NCBI GenBank assembly: GCA_016871515.1
Contig: VHDE01000013.1
Location: 518-64,517, forward strand
DNA: 64,000 bases
Reading direction: 5' to 3'
DNA from: Verrucomicrobiota bacterium
Lineage (GTDB): Bacteria > Verrucomicrobiota > Verrucomicrobiia > Limisphaerales > SIBE01
Under the pieces are notes generated by a model, which saw nothing but the letters and a program-made list of their open reading frames with translations, searched no databases and was not told the DNA's origin. Positions within the stretch are counted from its first letter, which is position 1. Every line of letters begins with the position of its first letter. This document shows, in pieces, positions 26,077-37,007 of the stretch. A program made the translations under genes and the position numbers.

Positions 26077-29000
26077 TCAGCGCACCCCTCCATCCGCAGC
26101 GACGGTGATTTCTTTCGCTCCTTTGGGAATATTCGATTTCGTAGTTTTTCCTCCGGGCCATCGCACCCAAATTCCAGTTGGCTCTTCGGGAGTCCCCAAA
26201 ACCATGGTCAAGCTGTCTTGCGACCAGTAGCCGCTCCCTGTGCGGATCTCGCGCGAGGGCCCCGCACGTTCTCCAAAGATTAATCTCGCGCTCGCGCCCA
26301 CAGCACCAGGATTTTGGTCAACCCCTTTGAGACGCACGCGCAAACCAGGTTTAGCTCCTGCGTTCTGATAAAGTTTGGTCGCGGCGCCGTTCTGAGTGAT
26401 TGCCAAGTCCGCACGCCCATCCTTGTCATAATCTCCCACTGCGCAACCCCTCTGCTCGCCATAGACAGTTACGCCGCTTTCCTGTCCTGGGACTGCTTTC
26501 AACCCGCCTTTGCCATCGCCTCTTAACCACAAGCCGCGCCCAGCGTCGCAGCGATTATCCTCGGTTCGAACAGCAAAAAAGTTTTGAGCCACCAATACGT
26601 CCTCATTGCCGTCCCCATCGAGGTCGGCAACGGCAAGGCCGAGAGCGGGCGCCCATTGCGTTTCCGGCGGTAGCGGAGCCGCTTCGAATTTCTCGCCGCG
26701 ATTAAGAAAAACCGTCGAGGCAAGCGTGTTCGCTTGAAGTTGAGTGGCATTCCGATCGCCAAGGATTTGAGCGACGGTCGAACGCCCGTAAACCTTGTGT
26801 GACGTCAATCGTTCGGGAATCCATGGCAAAACCGCACCGACCAAGGCCATGTCGCGCCACGGAATGATCTTTTGCAACGCGAGATTCAGATAACCTTCCA
26901 GCAAATGAACCTGCGCATCCGCATTGAAATCTCCATAATACAAATGCCACGGACCCTGCGGAGCGCGATGGTACAGGCTGTTTAGCCCCCAATTGCCGGC
27001 GATAATATCCATGAGTCCATCGCCATTGAGATCGCCAGCAGTGACGCTGTTCCACGAACCCACGAGTCCAGCTAAGCCGAACGCGGCAGTTACGTCTTGA
27101 AATGTCCCTTGATTGTTTTGCAGCAGGCGAATTGGGCCCCACTCACATGCCAGAATCAAATCGGGCTCTCCATCGCCGTTGACATCGCTAAAGAGCGCAG
27201 CCGTGATCAGGCCAATCTTTTCGAACGCCCGGCTATTCTCGGCATCCAAGGCGAACTTCCCATTGGCGTTCCGAAAGAGCGCCGAAGTCGCCGGTTCCGG
27301 ATATCGGCCCGCGATCACTCGTCCTCCAACGAATAGATCCAAATCACCGTCTGCATCAATATCCGCCAGCGCCAGCGGTCCAACACTCGATGGCATGGCC
27401 GGCAATCCGAGCGTCTCGCTGAACGCGCCATTCGCATATTCGTATTGCAAGACCGAAGGCAAATTCGTCGCAGCGGTCTCGTAGTTGCATAGCCCAACCC
27501 ATAATGTTGATTTTCGTCCCGCGCTTCCCGGCATGGCCACAATCCCCGTTAAGTCTCCGGCCGCAGGCATGCTTGGGACGTTGCTGGGCAAGCGACTGAA
27601 ACCGCCTTTTCCATCGTTGCGGTAAACAGCGAGGCTCCCGCCTTTGCCAGAGCCAACGATCAATTCATCGTTTCCATCGTCATCGAGATCGAACCACACG
27701 ACGCTGGGCCCTGGCTGGCTGAGTTTCTTGGGCAGGAGCGGCTGACGCGCAAAATCGTCGTACGGCTGTTCAGTGTGGGTGTGCGAAATCAGGCTGCTCA
27801 CATCTCGAAAAAGCGACGTGCCTGCGGAGACCTTTGTGCTTGCGTCTGGGGCCGGCCGCATTTTTGCAGGCGAAGCTGCATTTTCGCTGGGCTGTGGGAT
27901 TTCGGCTGCCGATTCGTCGATCTCGTAAAGATGGTTGTGCAGAGCTTGTGGAACGACACTCCGCTTTCCATTTCGCCAGGTTACTTCCACCTTCAGTGAA
28001 TTGTTCGATGTGCCTGTCGCGAACACGCGCACGGGGTCATCGCCTGACAGGTACCGCCCGCCGCAAATGATTTCCTGGGTCTGCGTTACGGGCCCGCCCG
28101 AGACGGTGATTTTTCCCCCGATCCCCTGCGTATTCGGAGACGCTCCCTTCAACCGCACTGCTAGCCGATTGGCGGCCGAGTCATTGCGATAGATCAACGG
28201 TGCGGCATTTTGACAATTTGCGATGACATCCGCGTCGCCGTCGTTATCCAGGTCGGCGAGAACCATTCCATGGGCGATGTCTCGTGAATCAAATCCCCAC
28301 GCCGCGCTCACATCCGCAAAAGTCAGGTCCCTCTGGTTGTGAAAAGCGGCCTTCGGCGTATCGAGCCTCGGATATTGCAGCGGCGCCTTTACTTTGTCTT
28401 CGTTTGGGGCGGATCTTCGGCGCGCTTGCACGTCTCGATCGTTCACGTCGTGAAGATGGCCGTTTGAGACGAGCACGTCCTCGTAACCATCCAGATCAAC
28501 GTCGATAAAAATTGGGGTCCAAGACCAATCTGAAGCCGCGAGTCCGCTGTAAAACGCAAGCTCAGCGTAGGTGCCGTCGCCGCGATTCCAATAAAGCGTA
28601 TTGCGCGGGACTTCTTCCCGGTTCTCGATTGCGCCAATCACTCTCGGGAACTGGGTTACTGGACTTGATTGATTCATGAGCCGGGTGTGATCGCGGCTTA
28701 ACATTTCAACCGCAAAAAAATCAAGTCGTCCGTCCCGATCGATGTCGGCGAAATCCGCGCCCATCGAAGCGTAACTCATGTTCCGCAAGGCCAACCGCTC
28801 GACAGCTCGAAAACGCCCGCGCCCATCATTCAGCCAAAGGCGATCGGGCGTTTGAAAGTCGTTGCAGATATAAATGTCTGGAAATCCGTCGCCATTGATG
28901 TCGCGGATTTGAACCGCCAAACCGAAATCCGGTTGCGGCGCCATCCCCTGGCCATTCTCGTCGCGGAAGGTCTGTTTCCAATCCACCGGACTGAATCGTC

Positions 29001-29772
29001 CTTTCCCATCATTCACATAGTAGATGTCTGGCTCGCCCAGTTCCATGATCCGGCCATCTGCGATGGTTAAGCGTTTGGCATATTGCCCAGTCACCCGAGG
29101 TTGTCCGTTGACCATGCGATAGGAATAAGCGCCTCCGTCGCGCAGAATCGCTTCGATCCCAAAGTAGCAAACATACAAATCCAAATCGTTGTCGCCGTCC
29201 ATGTCGCCGAGCGCCATGCTCGTGCAGCCTCCTTTGGCATTCAATCCGGATGCTGACGTGATATTGGTGAAGCGGCCATCTCCCAAATTTAGGAAACAGG
29301 CGTTCGGTCCCGTAAACGATGTCACCAAAAGATCGAGCCGCGCATCGCCGTTGATGTCGGCGAAAACTGCGCCGGTTGATGTTTGATTGGTGCAGGCGAC
29401 GCCGGCTCGCGCCGTAACATTTTCGAATTTCCAATTCCCGAGGTTGCGGAAGAGACCGTTGGGCCCTTCTTTATTGCAAAGGTACAAGTCACACCAGCCA
29501 TCACCATCATAATCACCGGCCGCCAACCCCGAACCGTTCATGAGATTCTGGCGCGCTGCGTACCGGTCGGGGGCGATGAAGTTCGTCCAACGGATACCGA
29601 GCGCCTCGGGCGAAAGCAGAGTGAAACCGGTCTTTCCCGCCGCGGGCACGTTGAGCTTCGCGCGCCGATGTCCAGGGCCAACTTCCCATTTCAATCCTTC
29701 CGCCGCGAGCGCACATTGGCTTATTTGGCCAACCAGCAACGCGGAAAGCCCGATAGCAATGCCGTTCATCAA
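26077..29772 (-). CDS. FG-GAP/VCBS repeat protein with ASPIC/UnbV domains (CRTAC1-like), secreted
   Basis: 1231 aa with a signal peptide. It has many GDYDGDGW.DL / DINGDG.PD / DLDNDGDAD repeats. ASPIC-like blocks include GARVRLKG...SGYLS. Confidence 0.8.
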   Translation of the reverse strand: MMNGIAIGLSALLVGQISQCALAAEGLKWEVGPGHRRAKLNVPAAGKTGFTLLSPEALGIRWTNFIAPDRYAARQNLMNGSGLAAGDYDGDGWCDLYLCNKEGPNGLFRNLGNWKFENVTARAGVACTNQTSTGAVFADINGDARLDLLVTSFTGPNACFLNLGDGRFTNITSASGLNAKGGCTSMALGDMDGDNDLDLYVCYFGIEAILRDGGAYSYRMVNGQPRVTGQYAKRLTIADGRIMELGEPDIYYVNDGKGRFSPVDWKQTFRDENGQGMAPQPDFGLAVQIRDINGDGFPDIYICNDFQTPDRLWLNDGRGRFRAVERLALRNMSYASMGADFADIDRDGRLDFFAVEMLSRDHTRLMNQSSPVTQFPRVIGAIENREEVPRNTLYWNRGDGTYAELAFYSGLAASDWSWTPIFIDVDLDGYEDVLVSNGHLHDVNDRDVQARRRSAPNEDKVKAPLQYPRLDTPKAAFHNQRDLTFADVSAAWGFDSRDIAHGMVLADLDNDGDADVIANCQNAAPLIYRNDSAANRLAVRLKGASPNTQGIGGKITVSGGPVTQTQEIICGGRYLSGDDPVRVFATGTSNNSLKVEVTWRNGKRSVVPQALHNHLYEIDESAAEIPQPSENAASPAKMRPAPDASTKVSAGTSLFRDVSSLISHTHTEQPYDDFARQPLLPKKLSQPGPSVVWFDLDDDGNDELIVGSGKGGSLAVYRNDGKGGFSRLPSNVPSMPAAGDLTGIVAMPGSAGRKSTLWVGLCNYETAATNLPSVLQYEYANGAFSETLGLPAMPSSVGPLALADIDADGDLDLFVGGRVIAGRYPEPATSALFRNANGKFALDAENSRAFEKIGLITAALFSDVNGDGEPDLILACEWGPIRLLQNNQGTFQDVTAAFGLAGLVGSWNSVTAGDLNGDGLMDIIAGNWGLNSLYHRAPQGPWHLYYGDFNADAQVHLLEGYLNLALQKIIPWRDMALVGAVLPWIPERLTSHKVYGRSTVAQILGDRNATQLQANTLASTVFLNRGEKFEAAPLPPETQWAPALGLAVADLDGDGNEDVLVAQNFFAVRTEDNRCDAGRGLWLRGDGKGGLKAVPGQESGVTVYGEQRGCAVGDYDKDGRADLAITQNGAATKLYQNAGAKPGLRVRLKGVDQNPGAVGASARLIFGERAGPSREIRTGSGYWSQDSLTMVLGTPEEPTGIWVRWPGGKTTKSNIPKGAKEITVAADGGVR

Positions 29773-29954
29773 AGCTGAAACTAAAGTGCGGTGATCGGAA
29801 AAAGCAAGACCGCTGTTCCCGATAGTTTTGGTTCTCGCAAGAAATGGCCATTTGCATTTGAAAGACCTGTGCGATTCTTTCCTGTTGCTGCGGTGCGTAG
29901 TCCCGGCTTCCGCTCAATGCCTTTCGTTAATTCAAGGCCGTGTGGCAAATGGTT

Positions 29955-30156
29955 GTCCTGAAGGGACAACGTGAAAATAGCCCGGCGTTTCAACGCCGGG
30001 AACCGAATCGCCCGAGACGTAAGTCCCGAAGGGACGGTTGAATTGCATGGCAAGGGTGAACGGTTCAACCGTCCCTTTCGGGACTCTCGTGTTCATCGGC
30101 CCAACCCGGCGTTGAAATTGAAACGCCGGGCTATTTTCACCGTGTCCCTGCGGGAC
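29955..30156. repeat. ~200-bp palindromic MITE-like element
   Basis: The left half gtcctgaagggacaacgtgaaaatagcccggcgtttcaacgccggg...gtcccgaagggacggttgaa mirrors the right half ttcaaccgtccctttcgggac...cccggcgttgaaattgaaacgccgggctattttcaccgtgtccctgcgggac. Confidence 0.65.
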
Positions 30157-30186
30157 AAGCGCCTTCTGAATTACCGAAAAGGCATT

Positions 30187-30276
30187 AGGCTTCAGCCGGT
30201 GCGGCTGCAATGCGCAATTCCGTTTCGCTGCCAGCAAATGCTGCCGCCTCAAGGCGGGACTGCATGCCGGGAGGTG
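30187..30276. repeat. degenerate copy of the CCATGAACC-family element (lacks intact termini)
   Basis: The segment aggcttcagccggtgcggctgcaatgcgcaattccgtttcgctgccagcaaatgctgccgcctcaaggcgggactgcatgccgggag aligns with the interior of the copies at 2974 and 23486. Confidence 0.5.
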
Positions 30277-30333
30277 TTGCCGGCGTCGCATATCCGATTT
30301 GCTCTCGCTGCGGTTTCGGGTAGCATCAAACGC

Positions 30334-31140
30334 ATGCTCGCTCGAAAGAATTATTCCCTTGCTCTGCGTTTGATTGGATTGGTCTCGCTCATTGCCGCGC
30401 CGGCCGATGCTCGAGCTCAAACAGCGCCCAAGCCGGCGGCGCCCGGGTACGAATTCCGTCAGCAACACGACCCGAACGGCATCGGCAAGTTTTACATGGG
30501 CCGCGAAATTGCGCACGTTATGGGGCATCAAGCGGCGGATTGGCTGGAACGCGCCGAGCGCGAAGAGGAAGAAAAGCCGGGTCTGCTTTTGGAAGCGCTC
30601 AAACTAAAGCCGGGTGAGGCCGTAGCAGATATTGGCGCCGGCAGCGGCTACTTCAGTTGGCGTCTTGCGCAAATGGTTGGCGAGAAAGGAACCGTTTATG
30701 CCGTCGATATTCAGCAGGAGATGCTCGATCTGTTGTCCAGGAAAATGGCCGAGCGGAAGATAAACAATGTGAAGCCAGTGCTCGGTTCGATCACCAACAC
30801 GCATTTGCCAGCCAACTCTGTCGATCTTGCCATCATGGTTGACGTCTACCACGAGTTCTCTCACCCGTACGAAATGATGGAATCGATCATCCGCTCACTA
30901 AAGCCAGGCGGCCGCGTTGTTTTCGTCGAGTACCGCGCGGAGGATCCAAATGTTCCGATCAAATTGGTCCACAGAATGTCCGAGGCTCAAGTGCGAAAGG
31001 AAATGGCCGTGCATGCCGTGGATTGGTCTGAGACGGCAGACGTTCTACCCAGACAACACATTATTATCTTTCGGAAACGAGGTGCGACCTCTCCGGGAAC
31101 CAGGCAGCAGGACAGTGCGTCTCGGCGGGCCAAACCTTGA
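30334..31140 (+). CDS. class I SAM-dependent methyltransferase with N-terminal signal peptide
   Basis: ORF 29971..31140, but its first 121 codons are translated repeats. The ATG at 30334 gives MLARKNYSLALRLIGLVSLIAAPADARAQ. SAM motif I is VADIGAGSGYFSWRLA, followed by VYAVDIQ and LKPGGRVVFVEY. Confidence 0.8.
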   Translation: MLARKNYSLALRLIGLVSLIAAPADARAQTAPKPAAPGYEFRQQHDPNGIGKFYMGREIAHVMGHQAADWLERAEREEEEKPGLLLEALKLKPGEAVADIGAGSGYFSWRLAQMVGEKGTVYAVDIQQEMLDLLSRKMAERKINNVKPVLGSITNTHLPANSVDLAIMVDVYHEFSHPYEMMESIIRSLKPGGRVVFVEYRAEDPNVPIKLVHRMSEAQVRKEMAVHAVDWSETADVLPRQHIIIFRKRGATSPGTRQQDSASRRAKP

Positions 31141-31176
31141 GATGCACCATGACAGGCGGGACGCGCTGCCCTACCC

Positions 31177-31252
31177 TGCAGCAACGTCTCGCAAGAGCAC
31201 CACCATTCCTAAACATCCCGAGTTTGCGGCGCCCTTACGAGACGCCGCTACA
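31177..31252. repeat. degenerate inverted repeat of the 'cgtctcgtaagagcgccgc' family
   Basis: The arm tgcagcaacgtctcgcaagagcaccac matches the reverse complement of gcggcgcccttacgagacgccgctaca with 7 mismatches in 27. It belongs to the same family as 37093-37163. Confidence 0.4.
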
Positions 31253-31262
31253 ATGCGTGTGC

Positions 31263-31832
31263 TTAAGAGATTAGACGGGCTCGCGCACGAGTTTGAGCGA
31301 CCTTCCGCCCCAAGATGACCAAGACAGCAACGATTAATCCAACGGCGACGATTGGCGCAACCAGCGAAAGGACCGATGTGATAAGCGACCCGCCCAATTC
31401 AGCGGTGGCAAAAATTGGATTGGCCAATCCTCCCGTTCCAGCGGACGAAGCGCCCCGAATTAGAACTGTCGCACCTTGAACTAATCCTGCAGTGCTACCG
31501 CCGGCAATCACGGCCAAAGTCCATTTTAGGAACGGGCTCACATCAGTGACCATCGACGCAGTCACGATAGTTCCCGCCACAATGGCCGCAGGCGTGGCGA
31601 TGGTGTCTAAAAAATTGTCAACCCAAGGGATGTAATAGCCGCCAATTTCCAGCGCGGTTGCCAAAGCGAATGCGATCAGCGCGGGCTGCGAGCCGATCCA
31701 TTGAAAAGAAGGCGCTAGAGATAGATGTCCGGAATATGAGGCGATGCTCATGACTAAGAGCGGGACGAAAATTCGAAAACCGCACGCCGCGCTCAGGCCG
31801 ATGCCGACGCAAAGACTTAGTACTGTTTCCAT
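31263..31832 (-). CDS. DUF4126 family membrane protein
   Basis: ORF 31263..31886 with a likely start at ATG 31832 (METVLSLCVGIG...). The block LEIGGYYIPWVDNFLDTIATPAAIVAGTIV resembles the DUF4126 core (..iP.vDh.lD.i.t...p.aGa). Confidence 0.7.
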   Translation of the reverse strand: METVLSLCVGIGLSAACGFRIFVPLLVMSIASYSGHLSLAPSFQWIGSQPALIAFALATALEIGGYYIPWVDNFLDTIATPAAIVAGTIVTASMVTDVSPFLKWTLAVIAGGSTAGLVQGATVLIRGASSAGTGGLANPIFATAELGGSLITSVLSLVAPIVAVGLIVAVLVILGRKVAQTRARARLIS

Positions 31833-32145
31833 AATGATGTGATCGTTAAACTCTGTGTTAGCCGCTCGGACAGATCCAATTGCCAATCAGCCTGTCTATT
31901 TGCATAAAGAATAGCTCAATTCATCAACGTCGCAACCAATCTGTGCGCAATCCACAGTCCCGTATAGATACGGGAGCGCGAACATTCCTGTCCACAAAGG
32001 TTTTAACACCGCCAAGCTCGTTCGAGTTTCAAAAATTATTGTTGCGGCCAAATGAACCGGTTCAAAATCATTACCAGCCGAGATCCGCAAGATTCACGCC
32101 GCAATTTTCCTTGTCTCTTGCTCATGTGAAGCGTAGTCATCCGAT

Positions 32146-33519
32146 ATGAAAACTTCTTCCTCTCCGCCTCGTTCCAGTCGGGTGACCCGCCGCGGTTTCC
32201 TGAAATCATCCTCGGCGGCAAGCGCAGCGTTCCTCCTTGGCGCCCCAGCTCTTTTGCGTGGCCAAGGCCTCAATGAGAAACTCAACATTGCGATCATTGG
32301 CGCTGGAGGGCGTGGCGCGGCGAATACCGAGAGCGTTAGCAGCGAAAATATTGTTGCGCTTTGCGATGTTGATGAGGGGCGCTTGGAGAACGCAGGGAAG
32401 AAATATCCGATGGCGCGCAAGTATGCGGACTTTCGCAAGCTCTTTGACAATGCGAACGGAATCGATGCTGTCGTCGTCAGCACGGCGGAACACACCCATG
32501 CGTTTGCAACCTTGCCCGCGCTTCAGATGGGCAAGCACGTCTATTGTGAGAAGCCGTTGACGCATGGCATTTGGGAAGCGCGCATCATCGCCGAGGCCGC
32601 CAAGCAAGCGAAGGTGGCCACACAAATGGGCACGCAGATTCATGCCACCGAGAATTATCATCGCGTGGTTGAGCTCATTCAAACCGGAGCCATCGGTCCG
32701 GTGCGGGAAGCGCATGTTTGGGTCTCGCGTGCGTGGGGATTACAAACACCGGAAGAAGCCAAAACGCACGGAGATATTGTGAGCGTGCAGGACCGTCCTA
32801 AAGAAGCGACGCCTGTGCCGGCCGGATTGCATTGGGATTTGTTTGTCGGCCCCGCGCCGGAACGCCCGTTCCACGAAGTGTATTGGCCTGGACCGAAGTG
32901 GTATCGCTGGTGGGACTTCGGCAGCGGCACGATGTCAGACTTGGGCAGCCATTTTATCGATCTCCCTTTCTGGGCGCTCAAGCTGCGGCATCCGCTGACT
33001 ATTGAGGCCAAAGGCCCTCCGCCGCATCCGGAACTCGCCCCGGCGTCGATGAGCGCGACCTATGAATACGGAGCGCGCGGCGGCATGCCGCCCGTGAAGC
33101 TCACTTGGTATCAAGGCACGGAAAAGCCCCCGCATTACTTGGAAAAGAAGATTCCGCAATGGGGCAGCGCGATTTTGTTTGTTGGCGACAAAGGAATGTT
33201 GCTGTCCGATTACGGCAAACACCTCCTCCTGCCCGAAGCGGACTTCAAAGATTTCAAACGGCCTGATCCATTTATTCCCAGGTCGTCGGGCCATCACGCA
33301 CAATGGATCGAAGCCTGCAAAACAGGCAAGCCAACCGGTTCGAACTTTGACTATGCTGGCGCGCTTACGGAAGCGAATCATCTCGGCAATGTGGCTTACC
33401 GCATCGGCAAGAAGATCGAGTGGGACCCGGTGAACCTGAAGGCTAGGAATGCTCCCGAAGCAGATCGTTTGATTCGGAAGGAATACCGGAAAGGCTGGCA
33501 GTTGCTGAGGAGCGTTTGA
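32146..33519 (+). CDS. Gfo/Idh/MocA family oxidoreductase with Tat signal
   Basis: 457 aa. Twin-arginine leader [24 protein letters not shown]. Rossmann block [16 protein letters not shown]...VALCDVD. Followed by EKPLTH. Confidence 0.85.
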   Translation: MKTSSSPPRSSRVTRRGFLKSSSAASAAFLLGAPALLRGQGLNEKLNIAIIGAGGRGAANTESVSSENIVALCDVDEGRLENAGKKYPMARKYADFRKLFDNANGIDAVVVSTAEHTHAFATLPALQMGKHVYCEKPLTHGIWEARIIAEAAKQAKVATQMGTQIHATENYHRVVELIQTGAIGPVREAHVWVSRAWGLQTPEEAKTHGDIVSVQDRPKEATPVPAGLHWDLFVGPAPERPFHEVYWPGPKWYRWWDFGSGTMSDLGSHFIDLPFWALKLRHPLTIEAKGPPPHPELAPASMSATYEYGARGGMPPVKLTWYQGTEKPPHYLEKKIPQWGSAILFVGDKGMLLSDYGKHLLLPEADFKDFKRPDPFIPRSSGHHAQWIEACKTGKPTGSNFDYAGALTEANHLGNVAYRIGKKIEWDPVNLKARNAPEADRLIRKEYRKGWQLLRSV

Positions 33520-33692
33520 GACACGGCCATTCGCGGTGTTCGATCTCTCTGGGTTCTTTGCGTCCGTAGCGGTTAAGAAATCCGAAAGCGCTGCGCACGC
33601 CAGCGTCCAGCGTAGCCACCCGCTTGGCAACGGTCCTTAACCGAGAGAAATGTGTTGCGGAGTGGCTCCGCGGGACAGGCGGGACGCCCGTC

Positions 33693-36020
33693 CTACTCGG
33701 CTGGTGGTTCCGGCCAAATCAGCGCGTACTCCGTGGGCGCAGCCGCAATTTCCGCGACGGTGGCGAAACGAATGGACGCGTCCAGGTACAATTTCTCGCG
33801 CCGGTTGACCCAGTCTTTGAAGACTTGTGTCACGATAAAAACGTAATGGCAGTTTCGGTCGAATGCCAGGCCAAGCAGAGCGCTGCCCTTGAATTCGTCG
33901 GGATCAATCGTGACGTCCGGTTGGAGCAAACAGCGTTCTGGGCCGAACTCGACGCGCTTGCCTTTGCAAGCATAGTTCAAAAGCGTTTTTCGGTCGTTGA
34001 TATGCGTGAGATAAAATCCGACGAACTCCCCCAAACGCAGTTCCAGAACCTCTGTGATTTCCGGGTGGCTGAAGCTAATGATTTCAAAACGGCGGTTTGC
34101 GAAGACGCGTGGCAGGTCGAGACAAATGTCCTGGACAGCTGGGCCCAGGCGTTTTCCGAGCTTCCGAAAGGCCTCAGCGTTGATTCGCAACGGATCTGTT
34201 TCGTGAAAGAGTGCCGGCATCGGCTGGTCTCTTGGCGGCGCGGGCTCCGCAACGACTGTAGGAGGCGCATCTGTTGAGGTGGCTGGACGAGTCTGTTCCA
34301 TTTCTGGCGCCGCGGCGTTATTGCTTGCCTGTTTACTCTTCGGAGGCTCGCTTTGGCTTTGCGATGGTTCGGAAGCCGCCTCGGATGACCGCGTTGGAGC
34401 GGCTGGGATAGTTGCGGCAACGGATGGAGCCGTTGCTGCCGCCAGAGGCGGAACGGGCATTGCAGGTTCAGAAATGGACAAAGGTGAAGAGGGATTTTCA
34501 ACCGACTCCTGCTTGAGTATCGTTGCAAGCGGTTCCGGGGTTTCCTTCGCAGGCGCAGGTTTCACTTCGGTGGCTGGCCGGGGCACGGGTGGTTTCAAGG
34601 CCGCCGTTAACATGAGTCCCGCTTTGCCCAAATCAGCATCCGGGCTGCTCTGGTCAATAGCAATGACCTCCTTCTGATTGGATTCTTTGTTCAGGACACG
34701 GAGCGTGCGGTTATCTACCGAAAGCGCCACTTCGAGATGCGGCAAGAAAACAGCGTGGTGTTGTAACTCGGAAATATTATGATGAGTCAACGCGCTTCCT
34801 TTCGGCGTTCCGCCAGCCGTGGTAACGCACTCAAGCCAAAGGAATAGTTTGTTCTGCGGATTTCTCACGACGCGAATTTCGATGATATCGACCGGCTGTT
34901 CCTGTTCGGCAGCCGCGGTTTGTTCTGCTTTCTCTCCAAGGCGGCGGATCACAGGATGATTGAGCATGCGCTGGAGCTGTCCGGCGGTGACACGTCGATA
35001 CTGCACATCGGGCAATTCTGGAATCTTTTCTTCGCTGCTGTCGCGTCGCCGGCGTCGAAAGAGCAGGCAGGGAGGCGAAAGCCGAAGCACCGTGCCCGGC
35101 TGAAGGATTTCGCAGCGGTTGGTGTCCTGCAGGACGTCGAGCTTGTCCTGAGAGAGATGTCCCTTGATCTCGAAACGTGCCCCTGCTCGAATCGTCACGA
35201 AACGGATGTCGAATCCTGTCGCGGCAGCGGGATTTTCCTTGATCTCAACCGCATCGTCTTCTTCGGCGCCCAGAGCGGGCGCATAGCGAGAGTTCAGAAA
35301 TTCCTCGAGTTGGCGAGCGCCAGCCTCATTGGATTCAAAGTGCGTGTCATCGATATCGACGCCTCGGAGCAATGGATCGACGTGCAGGCTTTTCGGTTTG
35401 AGCATCAAGCCATTCTCAACCAGAGACGGCAAACCGCGGATGCCCGTTTCGACGCGCTCGTTGCGCCGGAAACATTCGACCATCAAATGCCCCAGATGAT
35501 CGAGCCGCACTTTAAATTGGACGCGTCCGGATATTCCGGATGCAGCGCCTGAAGCTGGCGCGCGCGTGCCATGACCTGTGGCGGGCGTTTTGTGCGCAAC
35601 GGGCGGCGCATGACGGCTATGGATTTCGCGCTCAAGCTTAGCCGTGCCCTCGGGATCGCTCAGGCGAATATTTTCGCCAGCGATTGCAATGGCGCCATCT
35701 GCGTGGATATGAAATGAGCGCGGATCTTCAATCACTCCGCGTGTGACCCACTTGTAAACATCGAGCTTGTTCCAAGATTTGCCCGGTTCGAGGACGACAG
35801 TTTCCGCTCCAAGACTGAGCGTGAAGACCTTTGGGTTGCCTTCTTCGTCGCTCTTTTTCCCCGCTTTGAGTCGTTTCGCGCCAGCGGCTTCGGCGGTGAC
35901 CGCGGCGGCGGCCATCGCGACAATTCCGCCCACCAAAACACCGAATAGCGTGACAGGCTCGAGGGATGATCCTTGATAAGTGAGGCCGACACCTGAGGCC
36001 AACAGCAAGCTCGTTGTCAT
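33693..36020 (-). CDS. hypothetical membrane-anchored protein (no recognisable domain)
   Basis: 775 aa. N-terminal TM helix VTLFGVLVGGIVAMAAAAVTA. Then a ~430-aa region, a ~120-aa Pro/Ala/Ser/Glu-rich linker and a ~190-aa C-terminal globular region. Composition is coding-like throughout. Confidence 0.6.
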   Translation of the reverse strand: MTTSLLLASGVGLTYQGSSLEPVTLFGVLVGGIVAMAAAAVTAEAAGAKRLKAGKKSDEEGNPKVFTLSLGAETVVLEPGKSWNKLDVYKWVTRGVIEDPRSFHIHADGAIAIAGENIRLSDPEGTAKLEREIHSRHAPPVAHKTPATGHGTRAPASGAASGISGRVQFKVRLDHLGHLMVECFRRNERVETGIRGLPSLVENGLMLKPKSLHVDPLLRGVDIDDTHFESNEAGARQLEEFLNSRYAPALGAEEDDAVEIKENPAAATGFDIRFVTIRAGARFEIKGHLSQDKLDVLQDTNRCEILQPGTVLRLSPPCLLFRRRRRDSSEEKIPELPDVQYRRVTAGQLQRMLNHPVIRRLGEKAEQTAAAEQEQPVDIIEIRVVRNPQNKLFLWLECVTTAGGTPKGSALTHHNISELQHHAVFLPHLEVALSVDNRTLRVLNKESNQKEVIAIDQSSPDADLGKAGLMLTAALKPPVPRPATEVKPAPAKETPEPLATILKQESVENPSSPLSISEPAMPVPPLAAATAPSVAATIPAAPTRSSEAASEPSQSQSEPPKSKQASNNAAAPEMEQTRPATSTDAPPTVVAEPAPPRDQPMPALFHETDPLRINAEAFRKLGKRLGPAVQDICLDLPRVFANRRFEIISFSHPEITEVLELRLGEFVGFYLTHINDRKTLLNYACKGKRVEFGPERCLLQPDVTIDPDEFKGSALLGLAFDRNCHYVFIVTQVFKDWVNRREKLYLDASIRFATVAEIAAAPTEYALIWPEPPAE

Positions 36021-36371
36021 AAGAACTCCTGGTTATTGCGTCGTGGCGCAGTTGAAAGCGACGTGCGGCGCCGGGCTCCAAGTCTCAACGTTGGGTCGGG
36101 TCGCGTTGAGGTACGCAAGTGACACGTTGGACGCCGAACGTTTTCACCTTTCACCACGCCAAAGAACTTTGCGGATTGTCGGGAGTCTATGCCTCAAAGG
36201 GGTCCAAATTCAAGCAGAGAAGAGCAGAGAAGGGAAAACGACTTCCCATCTTAGCTTCGAGTAGCGCCTCGGAGGGCCGTGAAGACCGAACTTCGGCAAG
36301 CCAGCCTCGCTGAGCCGCGTTCGCCCTGCCAACCGTGGACTGCGCCAATGTTGTGTGCTTCGATTTAGGAT

Positions 36372-37007
36372 TTACTTCGACAGTGTCTCGAAGTGCGCCT
36401 GATCGCCTTTGAAAGCCTTGGCCTTCTCGCCGATCCTCAGAATCTTAATGGTCTTGATAGCGTCACCGTTGGCGATCTTGTTCACGACGTCCTGGCCTTC
36501 CACAACGTGGCCGAAAACGCTGTGCTTGTTATTCAAATGGGGTGTCGGTCCATGCGTGATGAAGAATTGGCTGCCGTTTGTGCCGGGACCTGCGTTGGCC
36601 ATCGAAAGGATGCCAGCTCGATCATGCTTCAAACTTGGATCGAACTCGTCTTTGAACCTGTAGCCGGGGCCGCCACGCCCGCTGCCTTGAGGACAACCAC
36701 CTTGGATCATGAAATTCGGAATGCAACGATGGAAGGTCAGCCCGTCGTAGAATGGTTTGGTCTGGGATTTCGGCGATGTGCTGCCTGGCGTGGTATCGTA
36801 GTGCTTCGTTCCTGCAGCCAGGCCAACAAAATTTGCAACCGTGAGAGGCGCTTTCTCATATTCCAATCGCAGGAGAATCTTGCCTTTGGCGGTATCGAAT
36901 TCCGCGTAAAGGCCATCAGCCAGTTTTTTGTCGGCATCAGCTGCCCCGGCCGGCACGATTGCAAGCGTTCCCAAAGTGACCAATTTGACGAGATGTTTTC
37001 TAATCAT
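36372..37007 (-). CDS. peptidyl-prolyl cis-trans isomerase, cyclophilin type, secreted
   Basis: ORF 36372..37163. The ATG at 37007 gives the signal peptide [25 protein letters not shown]. Cyclophilin blocks: [45 protein letters not shown]. Confidence 0.9.
   Translation of the reverse strand: MIRKHLVKLVTLGTLAIVPAGAADADKKLADGLYAEFDTAKGKILLRLEYEKAPLTVANFVGLAAGTKHYDTTPGSTSPKSQTKPFYDGLTFHRCIPNFMIQGGCPQGSGRGGPGYRFKDEFDPSLKHDRAGILSMANAGPGTNGSQFFITHGPTPHLNNKHSVFGHVVEGQDVVNKIANGDAIKTIKILRIGEKAKAFKGDQAHFETLSK

Noticed and set aside
36021-36371. 350-bp intergenic region with the short direct repeat agcagagaag x2 and the small hairpin ctcaacg...cgttgag.
   Set aside because: These features are too short and isolated to distinguish from chance, and I recognised no known RNA family.
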